DNA from: Candidatus Acetothermia bacterium
Lineage (GTDB): Bacteria > Bipolaricaulota > Bipolaricaulia > RBG-16-55-9 > DRXL01
Assembly: GCA_028275205.1 (NCBI GenBank)
Contig: JAPWVB010000001.1
Location: 1-38,557 of the forward strand
Reading direction: 5' to 3'
DNA length: 38,557 bases
Under the pieces are notes generated by a model that saw only the letters and a list, made by a program, of their open reading frames with translations, was not told the DNA's origin and did no database searches. The position numbers and the translations under genes are program-made. This document shows, piece after piece, positions 1 to 8,087 of this stretch (position 1 is its first letter; the number at the start of each line of letters is the position of its first letter).

Positions 1-34
1 TCTGGTGGTTCAAGCGTCGCGGATGGTTCGAAAC

Positions 35-658
35 TTAAGATTTCGTGACGATCACCCACAAGCCATCGCCAGCCCTGCCACGCTCGACTCTCCCAAAGCG
101 TTGCGCTACAGCGAGCCAGCGCCGCAGCACCACGTGTGGCACCCGCGCCCCCGAGGTGAACGCGAGCAGCATTTGCCCTCCTGGGCGCAGGACGCGCGCC
201 ATCTCCCCCAAGTGCGGCGGCCCGTTGTGCAGCGTCACGAGATCAAAGCTCCCATCGGCGAAGGGCAGTCGCGCAGTATCCGCCTGGAGAAACTCGATCT
301 GAGGGCAGCGCGCTCGCGCTTGGGCAAGCATCGCTTCTGAGAGATCAGTGGCGACGATCTGCGCATCGGGAAAGAGCTCGTGCACTCTTTGGGCGACGAA
401 GCCCGTCCCGGTGTTGACATCGAGAATTCTTGTGGGCTGCACCGACAGAGCTTTGAGCCCCGCTTCGAGCGCTTGGGCGTAGCGCTCCCCCTCTAGCTCT
501 ATAACGCCTTGGTCATAGTGCTGCGCTTGACGACGATAGTGCCACGTGTTCAAGCGCTCATACCACCTCGGAAACCCACGAGAGAAGAGAAAGCTCATCA
601 CGATATACGAGAAGTCAACAAGCGGACTGAAGACTTGCTGCTGGAGAAAGCGCTTCAT
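35..658 (-). CDS. Class I SAM-dependent methyltransferase (Methyltransf_11 / UbiE-like fold)
   Basis: 207-aa ORF with ATG at 658. SAM-binding motif I ILDVNTGTG, acidic loop IVATDLS, then LQADTARLPFADGSFDLV and LRPGGQMLL. Follows cutA by 12 nt on the same strand. Confidence 0.8.
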   Translation of the reverse strand: MKRFLQQQVFSPLVDFSYIVMSFLFSRGFPRWYERLNTWHYRRQAQHYDQGVIELEGERYAQALEAGLKALSVQPTRILDVNTGTGFVAQRVHELFPDAQIVATDLSEAMLAQARARCPQIEFLQADTARLPFADGSFDLVTLHNGPPHLGEMARVLRPGGQMLLAFTSGARVPHVVLRRWLAVAQRFGRVERGRAGDGLWVIVTKS

Positions 659-670
659 TCAATTCCTCTA

Positions 671-1003
671 CTATCTTTCACGAGCCCCAGCAATCTGCTC
701 CCGCAACCACTCAAGATAGTCCTCGCTCCCCTCGGTGATAGGGATAGCTAAGATCTCCGGGACTTTATAGGGGTGCATCGCTATGATCGTCCTCTCGATA
801 GCGTCAAAGAGAGCTCTTTCCGTCTTGGCAATACAAAGCCATTCTTCAGATCTCTCGATCTTCCCTTGCCACCAATAAAAACTCGTCATCGGCCCCACGA
901 CCTGGACACACCCGGCAAGATGGCGCTGCACAAGCTCGAGAGCAATGCGCTCGCCTTCTTCTTTCGTTGGAACTGTGGTGACGATCTGCACGTACTCTCT
1001 CAT
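671..1003 (-). CDS. cutA: Divalent-cation tolerance protein CutA
   Basis: 110-aa ORF with a full-length CutA1-like pattern: VQIVTTVPT, LAGCVQV.GP..SFYWWQGKIE, E..L..KT, MHPYKVPEILAIPI. Confidence 0.85.
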   Translation of the reverse strand: MREYVQIVTTVPTKEEGERIALELVQRHLAGCVQVVGPMTSFYWWQGKIERSEEWLCIAKTERALFDAIERTIIAMHPYKVPEILAIPITEGSEDYLEWLREQIAGARER

Positions 1004-1011
1004 ACTAGCTC

Positions 1012-1641
1012 TTACGCTGCAAGCTCCATGAGAAATCTCACGACGACGGCGATTTCGTCATCAGTCAGGGTCCTTTCAGCGCGCGCGACGCTCAGCACAT
1101 CGTCCCAGGTGACGAGCGAGTAGAGCTCGATCCCGTGCTCTCTGAGCGTATCCCGCGCGCGGTGCAGCCCCGCTTCGTGCGAAAAATACTCAAAGACGCA
1201 GAGACAGTGATGCACCGTGCCCCCGGCGGATTCGATCCCACGTTGAAAGTTGAGCTTGCTCCCCCCATCAGTAACCAAGTCTTCGACGAGCAAGACGCGC
1301 TGGCCTGGCTCTAGAACGCCCTCGATCTGGGAAGACTTTCCGTAGTCCTTGGGCTCTTTGCGCACATAGATCATGGGCTTGTTGAGCTTCTCCGCCAAGA
1401 GTGCCGCATAGGCAATCCCGGCGGTCTCCCCACCGGCGATCACGTCAATTTGGGAGAGCCCGATGCGCTCTTGCGCAATCTTTGCGAACGATTCGGTAAT
1501 CTCTGCGCGGATCTGCGGGAACGAGATGAGCCGTCGCACGTCCACGTAGACCGGCGAGAGCCGCCCCGACGTCAGCCGGAACGGCTCCTGTGGGCGGATC
1601 TGCACCGAGCGAGTCTGCAAGAGCTGCTGCGCTAGGTTCAT
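1012..1641 (-). CDS. pyrE: Orotate phosphoribosyltransferase
   Basis: PRPP-binding motif VLLVEDLVTDGGS and RLSPVYVDVRRL. Start placed at ATG 1641 (MNLAQQLL...) because a promoter-like TTGACC-18-TATGAT occupies 1651-1680. The alternative TTG start at 1680 is the ORF-track start. Confidence 0.9.
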   Translation of the reverse strand: MNLAQQLLQTRSVQIRPQEPFRLTSGRLSPVYVDVRRLISFPQIRAEITESFAKIAQERIGLSQIDVIAGGETAGIAYAALLAEKLNKPMIYVRKEPKDYGKSSQIEGVLEPGQRVLLVEDLVTDGGSKLNFQRGIESAGGTVHHCLCVFEYFSHEAGLHRARDTLREHGIELYSLVTWDDVLSVARAERTLTDDEIAVVVRFLMELAA

Positions 1642-1650
1642 GCCGGGAGT

Positions 1651-1680
1651 ATCATACTCAGTTTGAGAGAGGGCGGTCAA
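1651..1680 (-). promoter_or_regulatory. Candidate sigma70-type promoter of pyrE (TTGACC-18 nt-TATGAT); the -10 box ends 9 nt before the ATG
   Basis: Minus-strand reading: TTGACC (1680-1675), 18-nt spacer, TATGAT (1656-1651), then ACTCCCGGC and ATG. No Shine-Dalgarno lies between. Confidence 0.45.
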
Positions 1681-1711
1681 GGGGGCGGTTTGCCTTGGAG
1701 GAGGGATGTCG

Positions 1712-1720
1712 TGCTATAAT
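1712..1720 (+). promoter_or_regulatory. Candidate extended -10 element (TGCTATAAT) upstream of the acylase gene
   Basis: TGcTATAAT at 1712-1720, 32 nt upstream of ATG 1753, followed by a GGAGGGAGG Shine-Dalgarno. The -35 region is weak. Confidence 0.4.
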
Positions 1721-1752
1721 AAGCCACCCAAAACGTTTGGAGGGAGGTTGCT

Positions 1753-4599
1753 ATGCGCAAGCTTGCCGTCGTTGTGTTGGTCATCGGAATCGTTGCGGCC
1801 CTCTCTATGGGGCCGCTGGCCCAGACCGTTCAGAAGCTCGACCCCGTCGTGATCCCCGGGTTGAGCGCCCCGGTCACGGTCGTCCAAGACAAGTACGGTA
1901 TCCCCCACGTCTTCGCGCAGAACGCTCTCGACTTATATCGAGTCGTGGGCTGGCTCCACGCGCGCGACCGGCTCTGGCAGATGGACAATCTCCGTCGCAC
2001 GGCCAACGGCACATTAGCAGAACTGCTCGGCCCGCGAGCGCTCTCCCAGGACGTCACCCTGAGAACCCTGGGCATCCGACGCGCCGCAGAATTGAGCGAA
2101 AAGAATCTCACCCCGGAGATCCGCGCCGAATTAGAAGCATACGCCGCGGGCGTCAACGCGTACATCCAGAAGATCAACGAGACCGGCCAGCTTCCCCCAG
2201 AATACAAAGAGATCGAGATCACCAAAGTCGCTCCGTGGACTCTGCTCGATACATTGGCGATGGGGAAACTCTTGACGTTCGATCTCTCGTTTGACATAGA
2301 CGCGTCCAACGTGCTCACGTACTTTAAGTATCGCGAAGTGGGCAGCCAGAAGGGCTTCAACGGGCACGCGCTCTTCTTTGAAGATCTCTTTCGGTCAGCG
2401 CCCTCTGATCCCGCGACGATTATGGGCAGCGCCGGGGGGAGATTAGAGTCTACTGGGTCTTGGGAGTCAGAGCTGCCGGAACTCTCTCCAACGGTGCTGG
2501 AGATGCTCGCGGGCTTCGTCGAGCGCCTGCGAGAGATCGAATTCTTTGCGCCGATCTTCCGCCGTGCCGAACTGATGGAGACCGGCAGCAATTGGTGGAT
2601 TATCGGCCCGAATCTCTCTGCCAGTGGGTATGCACTCTTGGCTAACGATCCCCACTTGGGCTTGGACATGCCCGGCGTCTGGTACGCGATGCACCAAAAA
2701 TCTGCCGACGGCATCAATGTGGTTGGTACGTGCTTCCCTGGCATCCCCTACGTGATCTTGGGGCACAACGACAGAATCGCCTGGGGAGCGACGGTCAATC
2801 CGCTCGACGAGACCGACATGTACCAGGAGGCCGTGGTCGAACAAGGCGGAAAACTTTTCAGCAACTATCAGGGAAAGCTCGAGCCCCTCGTCGCTATCGA
2901 AGAGTCGTACAAAGTCAACAAAGTGGGCGACGGCCAGCCCGATAATTTCGAAGACGCACCCAAGACCACAACATATATCATCCCGCGCCACGGCCCCGTA
3001 GCAAGCCTCGATCTCAAGAGCGGCCAAGCCGTCACGATCCAGTACACGGGGTTCTATGCCACCCAAGAGATCAAGACGTTTCGGCTGTGGAACCGCGCCC
3101 AAAATCTTGAGCAGTTTGCCGACGGGGTGAAGTACTTTGACGTAGGCTCCCAAGATTGGGGCTACGCTGACGTTGATGGGAACATCGCGTACTTTACGGG
3201 CGCCGAAGCCCCGTTGCGCGAGGATTTGGAGCGCGGTGCGGTCTCCATGGGGCTGCCGCCGTTCTTCGTGCGCGACGGCACAGGTTCTGGCGGCCACGAG
3301 TGGGTGGCACTCCAGGGCGAGCGCGAGGAGGGCCACTCGATCCCCTTCGCTATCCTGCCCATGAGCGAGATGCCCCAGACGATCAATCCGCCGTCGGGGT
3401 TCATCGTGAGCGCCAATAATGACCCCGTCGGTGTCACCGTAGACAACGACCCGCTCAACCAGAAGCGCCCAGGGAGCAACGCGATCTATTACTTAGATTG
3501 GAACTACGACATCGGCTTTCGCGCCGGGCGCATCACTGAGCTGATCAAACAGAAAGCCGCCAGGGGCGAGCAGTTCTCTATTGAAGACATGATGAAGATT
3601 CAGTCGGACACGGTCTCGCTCATCGCGCGGCGGCTGACGCCCTTTGTGCTTGGCGCTCTGAAGAACGCGCAAGCTGCGGATGCCGCCGATGAACTGAAAG
3701 AGCTCTTAAAAGACCCTCGGATCGCTGAAGCTGTCGGGCAATATTTGGCAAAGTGGAGCTTCGCCACGCCCACGGGCATTCTTGAGGGCTTCGACGCGGA
3801 CGACTCCGTCAGCTCCGACGGCAAGAGCTTCACGCTCAACACCCCATCCGAAGCCGAGATCACCGACAGCGTCGCCACGACGATCTTCAACGTCTGGCTC
3901 AGTGTGCTGATCCAGCGCGTCATTGACGACACACTAGATCGTCTCGACAAGACGATGCCCAAGCCCGGCGGGTTCTTCGCGGTGAAGGCGATCATCAATC
4001 TCTTAGAGAAATTCCCGAAGAAGAAAGGCAAGGGCGAGTCGGACGTAGAGTTCTTCGATGTGCCCGATCTCTTCTTGTCCCCAGAAGAAGAGCGCGACTG
4101 GCTGATCTTAAAGAGCCTCCAAGAGGCCCTCGATCTCCTCAAGGGCGACGCGTTCGCAAGAGCGTTCAACAAGTCCGAGAAGCTCTCGGACTATCGCTGG
4201 GGGAAGATCCATCGCATTATCTTCAGAAATGCGCTGCACCCGCAGACGAACAAATTCAGCATCCCGCCGGCAGTCTACTCCCAGCCCGAATACGCCGACG
4301 GGCTCCCCGTAGACGGGACGCTCGCAGCTGTAGACGTGGCGAACTATAACGTCAAGGGCACCAAGGCCGAAGATTTCATGTTCAGTCGCGGGCCGTCGCA
4401 AAGACACGTCGTCGAGCTCAACCCCAACGGCATCAGGGCGTGGAACGCGCTGCCTACCGGCCAGAGCGGTGTCGTGAACACGCCGCACTTTGGAGATCTG
4501 TTGGGGTTCTGGCTCGTCAACGACTACTACCCGGTGCTCTTCACCAATGAAGAGATCAGAGCGAACGCGGAGTCCGAGCAGGAGTTTCGCGGGAGCTGA
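1753..4599 (+). CDS. Secreted penicillin-acylase-family Ntn hydrolase (peptidase S45; penicillin amidase / acyl-homoserine-lactone acylase type)
   Basis: 948-aa ORF with a strong SD. Signal peptide MRKLAVVVLVIGIVAALSMGPLAQ. Autoprocessing/nucleophile site METG|SNWWIIGP followed by LANDPHLGL, as in penicillin G acylase and AHL acylases. Rho-independent terminator downstream. Confidence 0.85.
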   Translation: MRKLAVVVLVIGIVAALSMGPLAQTVQKLDPVVIPGLSAPVTVVQDKYGIPHVFAQNALDLYRVVGWLHARDRLWQMDNLRRTANGTLAELLGPRALSQDVTLRTLGIRRAAELSEKNLTPEIRAELEAYAAGVNAYIQKINETGQLPPEYKEIEITKVAPWTLLDTLAMGKLLTFDLSFDIDASNVLTYFKYREVGSQKGFNGHALFFEDLFRSAPSDPATIMGSAGGRLESTGSWESELPELSPTVLEMLAGFVERLREIEFFAPIFRRAELMETGSNWWIIGPNLSASGYALLANDPHLGLDMPGVWYAMHQKSADGINVVGTCFPGIPYVILGHNDRIAWGATVNPLDETDMYQEAVVEQGGKLFSNYQGKLEPLVAIEESYKVNKVGDGQPDNFEDAPKTTTYIIPRHGPVASLDLKSGQAVTIQYTGFYATQEIKTFRLWNRAQNLEQFADGVKYFDVGSQDWGYADVDGNIAYFTGAEAPLREDLERGAVSMGLPPFFVRDGTGSGGHEWVALQGEREEGHSIPFAILPMSEMPQTINPPSGFIVSANNDPVGVTVDNDPLNQKRPGSNAIYYLDWNYDIGFRAGRITELIKQKAARGEQFSIEDMMKIQSDTVSLIARRLTPFVLGALKNAQAADAADELKELLKDPRIAEAVGQYLAKWSFATPTGILEGFDADDSVSSDGKSFTLNTPSEAEITDSVATTIFNVWLSVLIQRVIDDTLDRLDKTMPKPGGFFAVKAIINLLEKFPKKKGKGESDVEFFDVPDLFLSPEEERDWLILKSLQEALDLLKGDAFARAFNKSEKLSDYRWGKIHRIIFRNALHPQTNKFSIPPAVYSQPEYADGLPVDGTLAAVDVANYNVKGTKAEDFMFSRGPSQRHVVELNPNGIRAWNALPTGQSGVVNTPHFGDLLGFWLVNDYYPVLFTNEEIRANAESEQEFRGS

Positions 4600-4621
4600 G
4601 CTTGCTGAGTCGGCGACTTCA

Positions 4622-4655
4622 GTAGGGGCGACCGGCTGGTCGCCCCTACTTTTTT
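4622..4655 (+). terminator. Rho-independent terminator after the acylase gene
   Basis: Perfect 12-bp stem GTAGGGGCGACC / GGTCGCCCCTAC (4622-4633 and 4638-4649), loop GGCT, then TTTTTT (4650-4655). Confidence 0.8.
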
Positions 4656-4690
4656 AGAGCGCCAGAAACGCACACGCCTCGTCCATAGTA

Positions 4691-4696
4691 TATAAT
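4691..4696 (+). promoter_or_regulatory. Candidate -10 box (TATAAT) for the regulator gene
   Basis: TATAAT at 4691-4696, 26 nt upstream of ATG 4723, with a GGAGGG SD in between. No convincing -35. Confidence 0.3.
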
Positions 4697-4722
4697 TAAG
4701 TTTACGCGGAGGGCGAGGCTGC

Positions 4723-7700
4723 ATGGCGCGCGTGGAGATCAAGCTCTTCGGAGAGGTCGAGGTCTCTTGGGAAGGAGAACCGCTCTCATTCCCCACCCAG
4801 AAGGCCACAGAGTTGTTCGCGTATCTTGTGGTGCACTGTGGGCACGCGCACCCGCGCGCTTCTCTCGCTGCGCTGCTCTGGCCAGAGTCCGACGAAGAGA
4901 AGGCCAGGGCCAATCTTCGCCAGACGCTCGCGCGGCTGCGCAGAACACCCGCCGGAACAGAATGCTTGCACTTCTCCGGGGGCGCCGTGCAGTTCCGCGC
5001 CGACGACTGCTGGTGCGACGTGCTGGAGTTTGAGCGAGCCCTCAGTCAGTCTGCCGCAAGGCCGACCGTCGAGGCCCTCGAAGCTGCGGCGGCACTCTAT
5101 CGTGGCCCGTTTCTCGCGGGTTTTTACGAAGACTGGGTGGTCATCGAGCAGGAGCGCCTGCGGACGCTCTACGTAGAAGCTTTAGAGCAGTTGGCAGATC
5201 TTTATACAGAGCAACGCGCTCATAGGCAAGCCATCGCTACGTGGCGCAGGGTGCTTCAAGAGATCTCCTGGCACGAGCAGGCGCACCGCGAGCTGATGAC
5301 GCTCTACGCCCTCAGCGGCGACCGCGCCGCGGCCCTCCACCAGTACGACGAGTACGTCCGAGTTCTGCAGAACGAACTGGACGCCAAGCCCCTGCCGGAG
5401 ATGCGCGCCCTCTACGAGCGCCTGGTGCGCGGCGCGCCCATAGTCTCTCCAACGGTGATCGAGCTTGCCCCCGCCGTGCCCTTCGTAGGACGGGAGCGCG
5501 AACTCAACACCCTGAAAGCGCTCTGGCAAAACGTCCAGCGCGGCCAAGGGCAAGCAATCTTCATCGGCGGCGAGGTCGGCGTGGGCAAGACGACATTCGT
5601 GCAGAAGTTCATTCGGGAAGGGGGCCAGGGGGGTAGGTCCCTGCAAGGGGCTGCCTATGCTTCCAATAGCGCACTGCCCTATCAGCCTCTGCTTCAAGCC
5701 GTCCGCGCCGTGCTGAAGAGCCTTCCCACTCAGACGCTCGCCCAACTGCCCGCCCTCTGGAGAGGCGAGCTGGCTCAGTTCGTCCCGGAACTCCAAGAGA
5801 AATTCCCCGATCTTGCGCCCAATCCCCAGCTGCCCCCTGCCCAGGGCAAGGCCCGCTGGTTCGCCGCCCTCACCGGGTTCTTCGAGCTTCTTGCCCGCGA
5901 ACGCCCACTGATTCTCTTCTTCGACGATCTGCAGTGGGCCGACGACGCGACGCTGGAATATCTGGGCCATCTTGTAGGGGTGAAGAATGCTTCGCCCTTG
6001 CTGGTGATCGGGGCCTATCGCAGCGAAGACGCACTCGAAGGGAGTCGTCTGCGAGCGTGGCTCGATACACTCGGGCCGGGGAGAGCGTACCACCCTCTGA
6101 CTCTCCAACCGCTCTCACGAGAGGAGACGCATCTCTTGCTCGAGCAGTGGCTGGGTGCGATGGCACGGGAGGCCGTGCCCGTGCTGTATGACGAAACCGC
6201 CGGCAATCCGCTTTTCGTGCGTGAGCTCGCTCACTCGCTCATACGCGGTGGGGCACTGAGCCGAGACGACACCGAAAAGTGGCACCTGACCGTTGCGGAG
6301 ATCAGCTCAGCACACCTGCCGGAGAGCCTGCGCGAGCTCATTCGCGCTTCGCTGCGACGGGCGCCGGAGCGAGCACAGAGACTCTTGGAGCCCCTAGCCG
6401 TGATCAGACGGGCCTGCGAGCTGCCGGTCTTGCGCGAGCTGCTGCCCCAGTCTCCAGAGCGACTGCTCGATCAGTTGGAAGAACTACGCAAAGTTGGGCT
6501 GATCGTCGAGCAGGAGGGGCGCTATCAGTTCCATCACGAGCTGGCCCGACAGATAGTCTACGAAAGCTTGAGCACCGACAGAAAGAAGCTCTGGCACAAG
6601 AAAATCGGGCAGGCGCTCGAAGTGTTGTACCCAGAAAGCTCGGACGAATTGTCCGGAGAACTCGCCGAGCACTTTGAGCGAGCGCAGCTGCGGGAGAAAG
6701 CCATCGCGTATGCGATGCGGGCTGGCGCGCGCGCCGCGCGATCTTACGCCTACGGCGCCGCGCAGAGATTCTACGCCAAGGCCATCGAGCTCTTCGATGC
6801 TCTCGAGAGAGAGAGAACGCTCTCTGCACAGTGGCAGCGCACGCGCTTAGAACTGTATCGGCGCTATCTCAGCCGTGAGGTCTTCCCGACCATCTATGAT
6901 CTCCGAAATTCTTCTGAACAGATACAGAATGTGATCGCCCAGATGATCGCTACCGCTCAGAAGCTCAACGACCTTGAGGCGCTCTGTGAGGCCCATCAGC
7001 ATCGAGCGAGGGTGGAGCTCGCCTGGGGACGGCTCCAGGAGGCTCAAGAGTCTATGCAGCGCGCTCTGAGCGTCGCGCGCCGGACTCAGCATCCCGCCGT
7101 GATCGCCGACGCCTTACAGGGGGTGGCGAGCCTGCGCGCCCGCTGCGGCGAGTATCAGCAAGCCGTGCAAGACTTCCAACGCTACGTGGACGCGCTGATT
7201 CCCCTCGGCGATGCGCGTCGTCTGGGGTACGCGCTGAACGATCTGGCTTTGGTCCAGCGGGCGTGCGGGGAGTTTGCACAAGCGCAGCAGAGCCTCGCCA
7301 GGGCCGACGAGCAATTCCGCCAGATGAGCGATCTGTGGGGCCAAGCAGCGGTCTCGGACAACATGGGATGCATTCTGAGGGACCTTGGGCGCTACGCAGA
7401 AGCGCAAAGCTATCTGGAGCGCGCCCTGGAGCTGAACCGTGCCACAGGGGATCAGCGCGGGATTGGGTGCAGCTTAGTAGATCTGGGGGTCTTGCGCAAC
7501 GACCAGGGGGATTATACCGGAGCGTTAGAGTATCTCGATCGTGTGGTAGAGCTCCTAGACCAGCCGGGGATGAAGGGGCTGGCGATCGAGGCGTTTTCGG
7601 AGAAGGCGCGGGCGCATCTGGGCCGCGGGGAGATAGGGCTCGCGCGGGAGTGCTCGACGCGGGCGATGGAGCTCTTAGAGGCGCACGGGGGCGTGATCGA

Positions 7701-7905
7701 GCAGCCCTATAGATTCTATTTCACGCACGCGCGGGTCTTGGAGCAGAGCGGCCAGGGCGACGCCGCGCGGCATTATCTAGAGCGCGCCTGGGCGCAGTTG
7801 CAGCGAGTTGCCCAGCAAATTCCCGACGAGAACTTAAGAGAGCATTTTCTTAAGGGCGTTCCCACCAATCGGCAGATCGCCCAGGCGTGGGCGGCTGCGC
7901 AATAG
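4723..7905 (+). CDS. SARP/AfsR-like transcriptional regulator: OmpR-type winged helix + BTAD + P-loop NTPase (AAA_16/STAND-like) + TPR repeats
   Basis: 1060 aa. aa 1-95 winged helix (LFAYLVVHCG...LWPESDEEKARANLRQTLARLRR). aa ~95-240 BTAD (ALYRGPFLAGF..DWVV.ER.RL...Y.EAL..L, HRELM.LYALSGDRAAAL.QY). Walker A GGEVGVGKTT (5566-5595). Walker B LILFFDDLQWAD (5908-5943). The C-terminal ~400 aa have repeated A..Y..A / G.Y.EA...LE.AL TPR-like units. Confidence 0.85.
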   Translation: MARVEIKLFGEVEVSWEGEPLSFPTQKATELFAYLVVHCGHAHPRASLAALLWPESDEEKARANLRQTLARLRRTPAGTECLHFSGGAVQFRADDCWCDVLEFERALSQSAARPTVEALEAAAALYRGPFLAGFYEDWVVIEQERLRTLYVEALEQLADLYTEQRAHRQAIATWRRVLQEISWHEQAHRELMTLYALSGDRAAALHQYDEYVRVLQNELDAKPLPEMRALYERLVRGAPIVSPTVIELAPAVPFVGRERELNTLKALWQNVQRGQGQAIFIGGEVGVGKTTFVQKFIREGGQGGRSLQGAAYASNSALPYQPLLQAVRAVLKSLPTQTLAQLPALWRGELAQFVPELQEKFPDLAPNPQLPPAQGKARWFAALTGFFELLARERPLILFFDDLQWADDATLEYLGHLVGVKNASPLLVIGAYRSEDALEGSRLRAWLDTLGPGRAYHPLTLQPLSREETHLLLEQWLGAMAREAVPVLYDETAGNPLFVRELAHSLIRGGALSRDDTEKWHLTVAEISSAHLPESLRELIRASLRRAPERAQRLLEPLAVIRRACELPVLRELLPQSPERLLDQLEELRKVGLIVEQEGRYQFHHELARQIVYESLSTDRKKLWHKKIGQALEVLYPESSDELSGELAEHFERAQLREKAIAYAMRAGARAARSYAYGAAQRFYAKAIELFDALERERTLSAQWQRTRLELYRRYLSREVFPTIYDLRNSSEQIQNVIAQMIATAQKLNDLEALCEAHQHRARVELAWGRLQEAQESMQRALSVARRTQHPAVIADALQGVASLRARCGEYQQAVQDFQRYVDALIPLGDARRLGYALNDLALVQRACGEFAQAQQSLARADEQFRQMSDLWGQAAVSDNMGCILRDLGRYAEAQSYLERALELNRATGDQRGIGCSLVDLGVLRNDQGDYTGALEYLDRVVELLDQPGMKGLAIEAFSEKARAHLGRGEIGLARECSTRAMELLEAHGGVIEQPYRFYFTHARVLEQSGQGDAARHYLERAWAQLQRVAQQIPDENLREHFLKGVPTNRQIAQAWAAAQ

Positions 7906-7910
7906 AGAAG

Positions 7911-7991
7911 GAGAGGCTTGCCGCGCTGTCGGGCAATCTCCACTAAGAGCTGGTACTGCTCCTCGCTGAGCATGGCCTGCACTCGCCGTGT
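7911..7991 (-). pseudogene. Possible truncated ribbon-helix-helix (CopG/antitoxin-like) gene remnant
   Basis: Minus-strand translation TRRVQAMLSEEQYQLLVEIARQRGKPL fits the RHH beta-strand plus helix-1 pattern (R-V-x-V/M-x-L-S/P-E-E...L...A...G-K). The expected helix-2 (S.LIREA-like) is absent because the frame runs straight into the 3' end of the regulator gene. No credible start codon or SD. Confidence 0.3.
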
Positions 7992-8045
7992 AGAGGATAC
8001 TATGGCAAATTGATGGCGATTTTCCTGATTCCAATGGGCTTTTCG

Positions 8046-8081
8046 TTTTGTCACGCTTTTGTCACGCTCGGTCTTTATGAT
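8046..8081 (+). promoter_or_regulatory. Tandem 11-nt direct repeat (TTTTGTCACGC x2) followed 8 nt later by TATGAT: candidate activator-dependent promoter
   Basis: Repeats at 8046-8056 and 8057-8067 are identical and head-to-tail. A partial third copy GCTTTTCG lies upstream (8038-8045). TATGAT is at 8076-8081. The site lies between the SARP-like regulator and the secreted-protein genes. Confidence 0.35.
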
Positions 8082-8087
8082 AGACCT

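Noticed and set aside
1830-3336. Two long minus-strand ORFs (304 aa and 289 aa) opposite the acylase gene
   Set aside because: The plus-strand product has the S45 nucleophile site and a signal peptide. The antisense ORFs have no motifs and overlap each other.
5182-6108. 308-aa minus-strand ORF inside the regulator gene, with several shorter ORFs in other frames at 5241-7712
   Set aside because: It is antisense to, or out of frame with, a CDS that has clear Walker A/B, BTAD and TPR motifs. The translation is Arg/Gly/Pro/Ala-rich with no motifs. Long mirror ORFs are expected in GC-rich DNA.
4723-7905. STAND NTPase considered as an Avs-like or other antiphage sensor
   Set aside because: The N-terminal effector position is occupied by a winged-helix + BTAD DNA-binding module rather than a nuclease, TIR, protease or pore domain. 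That architecture is that of AfsR-type transcription activators. There are no neighbouring defence genes.
8046-8067. Tandem direct repeats considered as a CRISPR or minisatellite
   Set aside because: There are only two 11-nt units with no spacers, no further copies, and no cas genes in the window.
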